Shown: positions 15,363 to 29,395, counted from the first letter of the stretch. The stretch: DNA of 64,000 nt from Cystobasidiomycetes sp. EMM_F5 (GCA_051047955.1 JBPGPT010000012.1:434001-498000); one strand, 5' to 3'. Numbers and translations: made by a program. The notes: generated by a model not told the origin, from the sequence alone.

Positions 15363-17959
15363 ATGCATCCTCCGGCTCCGTCGTCCTCAAACGGTGGTCA
15401 TGCCTTGGATGGCAATGGTATGAGCACTACAAACGGCGCCAGTACTTCTGCAACGGCATCATCCTCCAGGATCCATACCAATGGTCATGGTGGATTGACA
15501 GGCTTGAACTCCGGCGCTCTGGGCGATGGAAACGCCTCCAGCTCAAGCTCCAGCAGTCAGTACGGCTCGACGCTGGCTGGCCCATCCCGGTCAGGATTCA
15601 TCTATCCTGGAAGCCAGATTGACCGCGAAGAGCTCGTACGCCTGACTCTGCAGTGCTTGAATGATATTGGCTATTCGTAAGTTTCCGCTGTATTAAGCTT
15701 GTTGGCTCGGGCGGATGTCGGCTTCCGATCGTCACTTCGATACTGCAAGACCTTGTGAGAGACGAGGCGAACTGACTGAAATACTTGCATTGTATATATA
15801 TTCGCAGACATGCGGCCTCCGCTCTGAGCAAAGAGTCGGGCTATAGCTTAGAACCGCCAGCAATCACCGCATTTCGGAATGGCATACTCGAAGGCAAATG
15901 GGAGACAGTATCGCGTTTACTACACGACGAGGATATCGTTCAGGGCGATGCGCTATCCGTACGCACTCTCTAGCATGAATCTTAAGCTATCCTTGACTTG
16001 ATGCACCATCAGACCGTCCGCTTCTTGATTGCTGAACAGAGATTCTTGGAAAATCTAGAAGCGAGATCTACGAAGAAGGCTCTGACGATACTGCGCAACG
16101 AGCTTGCGGTTCTCAATCGTGATCCTGAGCGATTACATCAGTTGTCAAGGTGAGTGGCGCCGATGTATACGGAACACGAAATAGTCATCTGATCAATTTC
16201 AATGGATTTCAGCTTTATGATGTGCGCTGGGCCAGCGGAGTTGCGTGAGCGTTCAGGATGGTCTGGAGCGGGCGATGCATCTCGGAGGTCGCTCTTACAG
16301 GCACTACAACGTTAGTCCCTGATGTTCTTCCAGACAAAGTTTCCGCTTCTGTACCTGATCCGTCCATCCACAGAACACATCCCGTCTGGTGTCATGATAC
16401 CTCAACGCCGTTTAGAGGCACTGCTCGAACAAGCGAAGGAACTGCAACGTACGAAGTGCCGTTATCACGCTTCCGATCCTCCGATATCGCTGTATGCAGA
16501 TCACGTTTGCGACAAGAGTGTGTTTCCTAGTCAGACTACACATATCCTAGGTGGGCACGAAGACCAGGTGTGGCGTGTACAATTCTCGCATAGTGGGCGG
16601 TATCTCGCAACCACGAGTAAAGATGGGACGGCCCTCGTTTGGCAGGTCGTGGTGAGCGATACTCCCAAGCGGTATCTCGCCCAAGCTGATTTGATTTTTC
16701 TTGTATGACAGAATGGCTTCACTCTGCTACATACCCTGCACCCAGCTGAACATATGGAGCAAATATGCGCGATATCCTGGTCGCCGGATGACACGACCCT
16801 TCTCTTTGGAGTGGAACATGCTATCAAGATTTACGATATTGCGGTAAGTATTGCGCTGCAATAACTGTGTACATCGATACTGAGATGCATCCTTTTGACA
16901 CCGTATAGTCTGGGCTTTGCAAGCTCAGCACTATAGGACACTCTAACCACGCCGTAGGAGGTCTAGCGTGGCAACCGGACTCCAAAGGCTTCTTCTCTGC
17001 CGGTCTTGACGGCCAAATACTATGCTGGGTGAGTTGAAATACCTTGGACAACAATAGATGCCGTTAGCTAACGCAAATGCAATTTTCAGGATCTGGAAGG
17101 GAATGCTGTGTACGGCTTCAAGACGTACCCGTATCGCCTGGTGGATTTAGCGATTGCGGCCGATGGATCGCGGATCGTTGCATTAGGCGAGCAGACGGAA
17201 GTGCATCGTTCACCAAGTTCGGTGACGCCGGCCAATGGTACTCATGACACACGGCATGGCATTTTTGAAGTCAAAGAACGCCGAGTGATCATTTTCAACC
17301 TTCATGAACGCCGACAAGAAAGGTGCGACGGTCGTCTCAGCTTGAGCGCAGTAGATGGCTGACATGATAAATCCAATGCAGGAGCTTGCCCCACACGGCG
17401 CAGTTAACAAGTGTCATGTTTGCTCCCGGAGATTCTCGCTACGTTATCATTAACCAGGCGCCAAATGTGAGTTAGTCATATGTTTGTGTACCAAATTGCT
17501 GAAGAGTCATGTCGGTCTCAGGAGGTTCTCCTATACGATATAATAGAAGGCGTGGTCGTGAAGCGGTATAGAGGCCAGCAGCAAGGAGTCGACTTCATCC
17601 GTAGCACTTTTGGAGGTCCTTCTAGAGGTTTCATCATCAGTGGCAGTGAAGGTTAGTGTTGATCATTCTTGGTTTGAGTATCACCATGCTGACCCATGCC
17701 CACAATGAATTGTAGACTCGACTATCTATGTCTGGCACAAGGACCATACAGAGCCCTTAGAGTGTCTTCAAGGCCATGCTGGAGGTAGTGTCAATGATAT
17801 CTCGTGGAATACTGCGCATCCGGGCATGTTTGCGAGTGCTGGAGGTAGGCGGTGTGCATTGGCGACAACAAACGTCTAGACTGATAAGCTTCTGCAACAG
17901 ATGACAAGACGGTCCGCATATGGCAAGCGCCAGCAACGTCCGGCCAGCCTGCAGAATGA
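15363..17959 (+). CDS. GID7: LisH/CTLH-WD40 protein, GID/CTLH E3 ligase subunit Gid7/WDR26 (start may be CUG at 15081)
   Basis: DREELVRLTLQCLNDIGY (LisH), FRNGILEGKW (CTLH), IPQRRLEALLEQA, SLYADHVCDKSVFPSQTTHILGGHEDQVW, several WD repeats, FIRSTFGG, MFASAG.DKTVRIW. Stop 17957-17959. Confidence 0.9.
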
Positions 17960-18059
17960 TTTTTCGCTTTTCCACTCTATTCAAGCAAGTCGTCCATCAA
18001 CCTGAATTATGTCAGCAATGTCATGTCGTTGTCCTATTCGTGTAGCCCTATAAATCCTC

Positions 18060-18500
18060 CTGGATGCCGAAACGCTAACCCTTATTCTCGAAAAGAGTCG
18101 ACCCTTGATACGCGACTTGCACAAGACAAGATTCGCAGAAAAGATATTGTATCTCCGCAGCAGAACGTCATTTCATTAGCATTGATGTGGCCATTATATA
18201 CAACGCATGACTCGACCGAAAGTAACATGAGCGCGCGGTCTAAACTACTCATACCGCGACTAGACCGCCTGCCCAGGGAGATGACGCAATGCGATTCGCA
18301 ATAACCCCTCGGAACCCCTATCTCTGCCCTAAACATCTTAGTATACTTGCACTATTGACTCTGCGTCAGTACGAGGTAGCGCCTTTGAGAAATGTTACTC
18401 ACTTCCGCCCCATTCCAGCACGCGGTAATTGCTTTCGTCGAAAGCCTGGTGCCGGAGGCCTACAATCGATGGCCATGACAACGCTGCCTCGCCCATGTCA
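18060..18500. repeat. Diverged direct repeat, copy 1 (partner ~19855-20300, offset ~1797 nt)
   Basis: Identical 19-mer ATCTTAGTATACTTGCACT at 18335 and 20132, with colinear shared blocks (GAAAAGAG, ACAAGAT.CGCA.AAAA, TGTATCTCC.CAGCA.AAC, CGAAAGTAAC, ACCGCCTG). Ends are approximate. Confidence 0.85.
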
Positions 18501-19840
18501 TCCCACTTCTCCCAGTCATCTGAAGCGATGCCCTTAAACAGCAGAAAGATGCGAGTAATGACGTCCGGCTGAGGTGCAATGTTCAATGCCGCAACAGCTT
18601 CCAGCTCGGATTGTGGAACGAATCGCATCGCAATTCTCTGTCCCTTCTCGTGCAATGCGGTGAAAGACGGCACCCAGTACTGCATCATGTCGGTAGCTGC
18701 TGTGTCGGAGAGCGAGAGATGGCGGAGAGCCACTTCGAGATACGGGAGCAGTCGGTCGTATGACAACAGAATGGAATTTGCTGGACTCATAGTAGACCCA
18801 CGAGGATCGAATCGCTCATCTGCAGCCCTCGGAAGGGTGGAATCTACATTTGAAGTAGCTTCCCAAAACAGCGAAGACACGCGCAATCCAGTATCGACCA
18901 TAGTCAACATTCCTCCCTTGAACGTTGAGGCAACATCTGCTGTCCAGGAGATGGCTTGACCTGCAGATGGAAGATTCAGGATCGCAGACGAAGGATAAAT
19001 GCCCGAGAATGACCAGCTCGACGCCAGTTCCAAGTTTATAGAAGCATTTTTGATCTGATGAGGAGAATAGAATAGAATGACTGGCTTTCCCCCGACCACC
19101 TTGACTATGCAATCTAGTTGGTCGTTATTGCTGATCTGCAATTAGTACGTCAGCAAAGGAGTCGGCTCTCCACCCAAAAAACATCGGGCATACACCATAA
19201 GACTCGATTTTACGGTCAGGGAGTAGACGTTGTCCATCGTATAGCAAGCCAAAACTCTCAGGGCAGAACCCTGCTCTGGCTGCTAGCGCATTGTAGATGT
19301 TTTGGACATGGCTGTCGGGATTCACAAGAAAATGTATTTCTGAAACGATATACAGATCGTGCTCAATGGATGTCATGAGTTCATCTTATCACGAGACGTA
19401 CCCTGCATGTCGTGCATCCTAACTTTCAAACCGATCTTCCCATCCGGAATAGCGCGCTCTGCAAGAGTAGGAGTAACTTCGGAGACCATCGGCAGAGGAG
19501 CCTCTTGTTGCATCCAGACAGAGTCGCGGTGCTGTATTTCCTCCCACGCTGCATCGTCTAATATGGCTAAGCGACCGATGGTCGGATCATCGAAAGACAA
19601 CCGCACTTTGGTTGCGCCATCCAGTCTATATGTCTTCCTGAACAAGTCATGAGCTTCAAGTAGGCTTTCAGGCTTTGTGGCTAGAGCTTTCATGTCATCT
19701 CCAGCAGAGCGAAGAACAATCAGAGTACGTTTCACAGCTTTCGTGCCGCTGACGCTACTGCCAGAAGATGAAGACGCTCTGTCAGCTGCATCAGGATACG
19801 GAGCATCCCGCGACCCTGCAGATCTGCGAGCAGGCGGCAT
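18338..19840 (-). CDS. SUMO-like domain (ends VGG) fused to an uncharacterised KPVI...EWGG domain; 4 exons
   Basis: ATG 19840; introns 19340-19401, 19136-19193, 18352-18402. Spliced product reads KIGLKVRMHDMQEIHFLV...LLYDGQRL...NNDQLDCIVKVVGG|KPVILFYSP...SLFWEA...DMMQYWVPSF...PQPDVITRIFLLFKG...RVLEWGGMQVY*. Confidence 0.8.
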
Positions 19841-20134
19841 GCTTGTCGGCGGCAGCCTGGAGTCCCTAAACCAGATGGTGTACCGGAAAAGAGGCAACCC
19901 CTGAAACGCGACTGCTACGAAACAAGATCCGCAAAAAAATTACTGTATCTCCACAGCAAAACACGATTTCCCGTGTATTGATGTAGCCATCTGCTTACAA
20001 TGCGTCGCACAGTCGAAAGTAACGTGATGGTCGAGTGTAGATTACTGATACCTGCACGCCTAAACCGCCTGTTGGACGAGACGCGCTGTAACAATCCCAT
20101 AGAACCCGAATTCCCCATCTCTGACATCAAGATC

Positions 20135-20295
20135 TTAGTATACTTGCACTTTGTGTCTGAGTCGTATGAGGTAAGGCCTGCGAAGAGTCTTACTCGTTTC
20201 CGCCCAATACCAGGACACGGTATACGCTTTCATAGAGAGCCTGGCGCCAGAGGCTCACCCTTGATGGCCAGGACATCGCTGTCTCGTCTGATACA
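20135..20295 (-). pseudogene. 3'-end relic of a further copy of the SUMO-like/KPVI-EWGG gene
   Basis: Translates AMSWPSRVSLWRQALYESVYRVLVLGG versus ALSWPSIVGLRHQAFDESNYRVLEWGG in the intact copy. EW is lost, the last-intron donor GTGAGT has become ACGAGT, and no upstream exons remain before the Fpg stop. Confidence 0.8.
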
Positions 20296-20351
20296 GGAGC
20301 CTTCGCTGCCTGTCTGAAGTTCCCGGCTCAAAAGCTTGCTTTCCTGTACCA

Positions 20352-21984
20352 TCAATTCGACCCTTCCACCTTTACAGTCGAGCGTCGCGATCTTCCCGAT
20401 GGCGATTCTGTCACTGACTCCGCCGGGGGGTCTTGAACCTCTTCAGCCTCTCCACCTTTTGCCTTTCTTGCAGACTTTCTCGGCGTTGTCTTTGTGGCTC
20501 TGCGCTTCTTGGCCGGCTTTTCGTCTTCCTCACTGTCATCTACCGGGGTCGAGACGCTCTCGTTATCAGACTCGGACTCTTCCTTCTTGTTACTCTTCTT
20601 GCGACTTGTAGATGCGCGTTTTGCCGGCGTAGCTCTTTTCGCTTTTGGCTTTATATTGCTTGAGCCAGGAGTGATGTCTTCCTGTTTGCGGTACCGCTTT
20701 TTTGGTGTCTCCGCTTCTAGCTCCTCTTCGCCTTCTTCGTCATCAACCGCGCTCGCTCCTTCTTCTCCATCACTCGCAGCTTCGCCTTGCAGTTGCTGCA
20801 CGATATCGACAATGGCGCTCGTCCTGCCTCCTACAGTCTGATGAGTCACTGTCGCTTCTCGTCCGTCCGGCAGTGTAAAAGTTCTCGGGTGCTGTCGACG
20901 CCCCTTGCCCCACCTGTAGTGGAAGAGCCAGGTCGCCGGAAACAGCTTATGTTCTGCGTTGACAGCCACTGCAGTGTTGACGATTGTCTTGATTTGCGTA
21001 TGGAGCGTGAGAAGCTGAGTCGCAGTAAGGGTATTTGACCGTTGTGCTGGATGAATGGCAGCTTGGAATAGCATCTCATCGACTAACCAATTCCCAATGC
21101 CGCATAATGGGCCATTCTGGTCCAGTAGAACTGCTTTTATGGGGGCTTTCCGCTTGTTGAGAGGTACGGACAGCTCCTCCAGCGTGGGCATGTCGAGGTA
21201 TCTGCAAAAGCGCTACATGAGCTTGTTGCACTGAACGGAGAGGCGCAAGCAGGCTTACGGATCTCTCCCGAGTTTGCTGAGCGGCTCAACTTCGGTTATA
21301 TCCTTGTCGCCGGATTGTACCAAACGTATGCGACCTAGCCGTCGCGAATCGCAAAAGCACCATTGTTCTCCGTCATCCATTGTCAGAGCAAACTTCCAGT
21401 ATCGCAGAGGCCAGGTGGAGCCATCATCGTTGGCCCAATTCTTTGCTTTCTTGCGGTAGAATAGTGGTTCTTTGCCTTTTGTAGAGACAAATCCAGCCAT
21501 GCCTGCATATTACCCGTCAGCTGGCGCGTATATACTCGACAAGTATTATAGTGAACATGTACCCAGGTGCAGGAGGATATGAGGAGAACTCTGCATGACA
21601 AGCTGAGGTCATCACTAGAATATCAGTGTACGATGAATGAAGGAGTATCGCTGAGCTCACATAAAAATATTTCCCTAGTCGGCCAACCCTTTGCACCCTC
21701 CTGCCTTTGATCGCTTTGGCGAAGTCATCATGCTCGACGCCGAGATACACAATCTTATCCTCGCGAGTGATGATATCCTTTACAATCTTGCCTTCGGTCG
21801 CCCTGCATTTCACGATGTCCAAATTAGTGTTGATGTCATCGGAGAAAGGCAGCAAGGCAAGCGCGACCAACGCGGCACAATCAAGTCTTGCTCGCTCGAC
21901 CTCTGTGTTTCAAGGTAAGTGGCAGGGTTTCATTAGTGCTAACGGAATCGTAAAGAATATGCACACACCAGCGAGTTCTGGCAT
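20352..21984 (-). CDS. FPG1: Formamidopyrimidine-DNA glycosylase (plant/fungal Fpg/MutM type) with a charged tail
   Basis: MPELA/EVERAR catalytic N-terminus, GRLGKYFY, DSRRLGRIRL, LGRDP, PIKAVLLDQ..GIGNWLVDEMLFQAAIHP (H2TH), WLFHYRWGK, TVGGRTSA. Confidence 0.93.
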
Positions 21985-22780
21985 CGTGTGTCGAATCGGG
22001 CGACTGAAGCAGTGCTGGAGGTAGCTTGTCAAACGGGCAGATACAAGACAGTGTTGTGTATCTTCAAGTCGTCAGCTGTACAGTAGTATTAAATGAAAAA
22101 CAACCACTTTCGATGCCAATCTTGTTTTGCAGCAGTCATGTCGCCACCCAAATCCTCTATTAAACCGCCTGGGAGCTCATTAAACCGTGCTTTATTTCAG
22201 TTGAGATACAAGCAATTCAGTGCCCGCCTTGAAGCTTCGCAGCCTGCTGTTGTGCTAGCCATAATTCTACATGTCTCACGTTGCCCGTCGGCGATAAAGC
22301 CATGCAACTGCCCGGTGTTCCCTTTTCTGGACTGCAACTTATGCTCCAGACCAATTCTGCGAGCCATATTCTGTCAAAGTAGAGGGCGTCAAAGGCCTCT
22401 GGGAAAGTGAGACGGCCAGTGCTGGCTGGGTGCCGCTCGAGCCGGGTTCATACATGCCTTGAGGTCTGGAACGGACAGCGGCAATCCTCGACCGAGAACA
22501 GCTTGGAACTTAGACAGAATACATACGAGAGACTCAACCTGGAAAGCCATCCTGGCTTCGAATCATCACCGCTTCTGCACCGCCAATTGAGCCGGTTCAA
22601 CGTCAGCTTCCTTGTTGCGGTAAACGGACAAGACCGACGGGCAGGACTGGAATAAATCGAGACGCATTGAACTTCGGTTGATGCGTCGTAAACACTTATC
22701 TTGCATCTCAAAGCTCGGCGTACTCCGTATCTGCTCGTACTGCGCGTGACAACCAGATCGTACGTGCAAACAAACAGACA

Positions 22781-24195
22781 ATGCCGACGCAGTTGCAGCC
22801 TTTGGAGATTACTGGTAGCGCGCGATCTCCGGCCAACTCTGCACTCGGTCTCGGATCATCGCACCCTCTACGAAGTCCATACTACAAGTTTGACTATACG
22901 ACCTATGGTCAGCTTGCGGATGGTGGTGGTGCTCGAAGCGGTAGCAGCTCTGCAGCGGGAGACAGGCAACGCAAGTCTGCGCCCAGGAGGACCGTTGAGA
23001 GGGTAGTACACGAGCGCGCCCCTGCTCTTGCGACCCTCGTAGCTGGGCATGGTGACGGTGGATTGAAGCAGGCAGCCAAAGACGTCAGAGACCGGGCTAT
23101 CAATGCTGCTGCAAAAGGCAAAGCCAACAGAAACGGCAAGCGTTACTCTACACAAGAGATTAATCACCTCGTGCCAGACGAGACGGGCGTACTGCACGAT
23201 CCCGAATACGAAAGCTTTCGCATCATCCAGCCATCGGCACAAAACTCGCAATATTCTGGATCTGTGAATGGTCATGCCGATGACGACGAGCACAGTCAAA
23301 GTGCGAGTAGCAGCGATACGGAAGAAGACGAGGAAGCAGCGACTGCGAGACAACGCCAAGCTGAACTCATGAATGGCAAAACGTCATTGCCAGCGTCACA
23401 GCTCGCAAAACGGCCAGGGGTAGGAAGCCGGCATGGGACAGACCCCACTTCACCGCGGCCTAGCAGGTCATACAGAGTTACTACAGCATCGAACGGCACA
23501 TCGTTCAGGAATACCCCATCCCATCCCCACACCTCCGGATTGGGAGCACTTGTCTCCGCTAATCGATCTACGACACCGTCGATACGAAGTCAATCCTCGG
23601 GCTCAGATCAAGCGAGTAGGCTTGGACCTAGGTCAGGTAATGGGGTGACATACCTCGCGCCATCTATCACTATGCCTCCTGCAGCATCATCATACCAAAG
23701 TATTGCGACAATTCAAGCGCAGGCATACAATCCCGTACGTGACGATCATACCTCATTCGAGTCTAGATTGGCGGTTACTAATGTACTATCTGACAGTACA
23801 CATACGTCCCTACCACATCTACCGCTGCAGAAGCATACTCGCATTCTACAAAATTGCCATTTGTAGGCTCTCACGCTTCCCGAAGGCATGTTGCATTCGC
23901 TGCTCCCATGCCGGGCTCGCGGCCTGTAGCGCACACACAAACGCAATCGTCTGCCGCATCGCTTTATCCGGCCAGTACGACAACTGCTGGAACTCTGGGT
24001 TCCATGACGGAAGGATCGGACGTTGCACCACCGATAGCTTGGAAATCCGGCTTCACTCCCTCGGCCGAACATCCCGAACGGCATCGGACGCGCCAGCACG
24101 AGGAAGGTGCCGCAATGGCCATCAAGCGATCGTTCCAGGCGGCCAAACTTGACGTGTCATTCGGTCTCTTGCGACTCGGTAACAAGAAGCGATAA
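22781..24195 (+). CDS. Hypothetical low-complexity Ser/Arg-rich protein (2 exons)
   Basis: A 361-aa ORF with DETGVLHDPEY plus a second ORF to 24195, joinable through an intron at ~23783-23867. No family recognised. Confidence 0.55.
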
Positions 24196-24626
24196 AAAGG
24201 CCGCATACGGAATGTGGCATATACACGAGATGATACCCCCACTTTGCATCGTCTGGCATACCCTCATTACGTACGTGCAGCATCGGTTGTTGTGTCCATA
24301 TTCAGAAGCAGTCCGCTAGTTTGGTTAACCAGTAGCCAGGCCGCCTTCTCAGGTCGAGGCGTTGTAGGGGAATGTAGCCATATCGTGTAGAGAATGCTTT
24401 GCCAGTCTGACGTGGCACATACATTTGTCGTTTTGGCTTTGATCGCTTCTACATCGCCATATGTCGGATGTATGGCTTGCGGATTTCATTTGCTGAGGAC
24501 GCGGGATGTTGTGGGCGAAGGACGCTGTAGAGCCGGGATGTCCGCCGATGGTCGGCCTGAATTACGGACGCAATTTGACTCTGATGCGCGCAATGACATG
24601 GAGCACGCTGCTCTGCACTGGCCTTT

Positions 24627-26803
<2,177 letters not shown>

Positions 26804-27022
26804 TGTGGCAGACTATATTGATGTTAGATATATGCTGGATCTTGTAGCACTCTAGCAGAACAGCCTGGGCGACAGCAGCCAAGCAGGATATTGTCTTTGA
26901 ACCAGAATGAACAGTTCAGGATGCAATTTGCAGCGTTGTGATGGTCAAAAATAAAGCACGGCCAAGTCAAATGTGCCAGCTGATGATGCCAGCTGCTTTA
27001 CGCCAACGCTCAGCAAACCGTC

Positions 27023-27555
27023 ATGGCCAAACCTGCGCCCGGTTCTGTTCTCAATCTGCTCATCATCAACAAGGCTGGCGGTCTCATTTATCAAAAGACG
27101 TTCAATGGCAAGTCGTTACTTGAGCGCTGCCGAGTTGGGCTGAGTGCCGCAATTCTCTCAGAAGGACTGGCTCAGCTGTCGCAGAATGAATACCTCGTCC
27201 TTGCAGGAACCTTTCACGGCGTCCACGCAATCGCAAGTCGACTCAGTCCTACAGACCGTTCGTCCGGACTCGAGGTCTTTGAGGCCGAATCATTCAAGAT
27301 GAACTGTCTGCAGACGCTAACGGGTAAGCTATCCTCGTTATGTAGAAATGTTATGCAGATAGCTGAGCGCCTGCTTCAGGCGTAAAGTTTGTGCTCATAA
27401 CGCTGCCTGCGTACGCCCTCTCGGATAACGTTCTCAAAAACGTGTATGAGATCTACGCCGAACAGCTACGAGACCCGTTCTACGCTGCAGAAATGCCGAT
27501 ACGCAGTGAAACATTCGACAAGAAGATTGCCGCGTGCATACGAAGCTTCAGCTGA
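27023..27555 (+). CDS. TRS23: TRAPP complex subunit Trs23/TRAPPC4 (sybindin family)
   Basis: LLIINKAGGLIY, LSQNEYLVLAGTFHGVHAI, CLQTLTG/VKFVLI, VYEIYAE..RDPFYAAEMPIRSETFD. Stop 27553-27555. Confidence 0.92.
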
Positions 27556-27768
27556 CTGGCGTTCCACGCTGTGTCGATACATTCAGGCGGTGCTGCGATT
27601 GACCGTCACCGCGGCAAGACAGGTCGATCGTTCAAAGCCAGATCCAGGGTGACTGACACAGGTTGCTCTCACGCTGCAAACGTCACCACTTTACTTTCAC
27701 CTTACTGCTTACCTTCAACTGTCTCGAGCACCGAATCCTACCAACGCATAAACAGAGAACCGCCAGCC

Positions 27769-29395
27769 ATGATCAACACAACCAATCAAGGGGGAGATCA
27801 AACACACGCCGATGCTGCTGCAGGCTCATCGCAATCGCAAGCGATCGGTCCCCTTATCCGTCTCAAACGTTACAGACAGTCTTGCGATGCTGTGTGGATC
27901 ACAAAGCCGAACAGTGTGCATCAGCTAGCACTGATTCATGCTGCATACTTTGAAACGTCATCGGAAAAAATGCACAATTCGTGTATGTTATGGACACTGG
28001 GATCGAACGGGAGTGCTGCAACGATTGGCCTGAAGTCTTGAACGTTGCGACTGTTTTCGCCGTCCCGTCACCAAGGGTCTCCTGGGGTCAAACATCTCCC
28101 GTTTCAGAGGAATTACCCCACCCTCAAAGCTCCTTGTTGTACTTTCGTACCGGTTCAGGTTCGGGTTCGGAAACAGCTTCAGCCTCACACGTCAGTGCAA
28201 GACGTCAACCTACGTCAATGGATGTACCCGTTGTCCTGCAAGGTGAGCTACACTTGTGGGGCGTAATTAAGGAACCCTGCTCACAGATCGATGTCCATCA
28301 GCCGGCGTGAGGGTCACGATCCCCCTCCCGCAGACAGCTACTGCAGACACGCTCCTCAGAGCGTTATTCGAGCGTGGGATAGTCATTTCACCCGATCGAA
28401 TGTACCTGCGCGGATCGCCTTTGCCTGTCGAGCCCTCGTTGAGTTTGGCCAATCTTCGTGTAAGCAATGCATGTAGATTGCTTGAGCAACTTTCTAACCT
28501 TACACGGTAGATCTGGGAGGTAATCGAAGTCAGCCCTGGTAGCGTCCTGACACCGGTATCCAACTTTGCGTCTACCTCAGCCACCGTTCCAATCGTTCCC
28601 ACACAGCCTCAGCAGCCCTCAAGGCCGCCTCGAACTTCTCGGGTACCGCCTGGGACCAGGAAGCCAGTCATCTTATTCTATTCCCCCTGGCTGTCCCAGA
28701 CGTTGTGCTGAAGCTCACAACACTGCCTAGCGACAGATTCACCGTAATCTATCCGAAGCCTGACGTACTGGCAGTTCTGGCAACGGATCAGCAGGGGCTT
28801 GTATGGCAGTGCAATGTGCTGCCCGTCTCGCAGGGAGGCCTCCTCGGTGTTGCAGGTACAAAGGTCTCTTCGCTGTTTTGGGAGAGCGAGTCTGTCACTT
28901 CCGCCATTAGCTTGCCAGATGCAGTCAACGCAAGCAATTCTGTCCTACTTTCGTTCGAAAACGTGCTCCCTTATCTGGAGCGGGTACTGCGCTCACTTTC
29001 GATGACGGATACCGCCGCAACAGACTTTATGCAATACTGGATACCAAACTTCGTTCGTATTGCCGAAAAGGGACAGAAGATTGCTTTGCGATTTGTATCG
29101 CAGGATGAGATGGACAAGCACGTCTCGTTGGATATCTCGCCAGCTCCAGACGTCGTGAACCGCGTGTTCATGCTGTTCAGAGGCGTATCCGATACCGAAG
29201 CCCCCGCTTGGTCGACATCAAAGCGCATTGCAGAGCACGAGTGGCTCGATATCGCTGGAGTCAATAGTCTGGCCTTTGACAACAGCAAATATCGCGTGCT
29301 GGAGTGGGGTGGTTGTGAGTCGAAATCTGCAGAGGGCTGATTAACAGACAATCTGCTGATAAGGTTAACACCTTACAGCTCAAATTGATGAATGA
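27769..29395 (+). CDS. Paralog of the 18.3-19.8 kb gene: KPVI...EWGG domain with a degenerate Ubl-like segment and no di-Gly
   Basis: RKPVILFYSP...SSLFWES...ASNSVLLSFENVLPYLERVLRSLSMTDTAATDFMQYWIPNF..KGQKIALRFV..PAPDVVNRVFMLFRG..YRVLEWGG, closely matching the other copy. Introns 28243-28301, ~28460-28510, probably 29314-29378. The 5' frame join near 27960-28040 is uncertain. Confidence 0.75.

Noticed and set aside
18060..20300. LTR retrotransposon interpretation of the direct repeats
   Set aside because: No TG...CA ends, PBS, gag or pol; the repeat includes the gene's own last exons, indicating tandem duplication.
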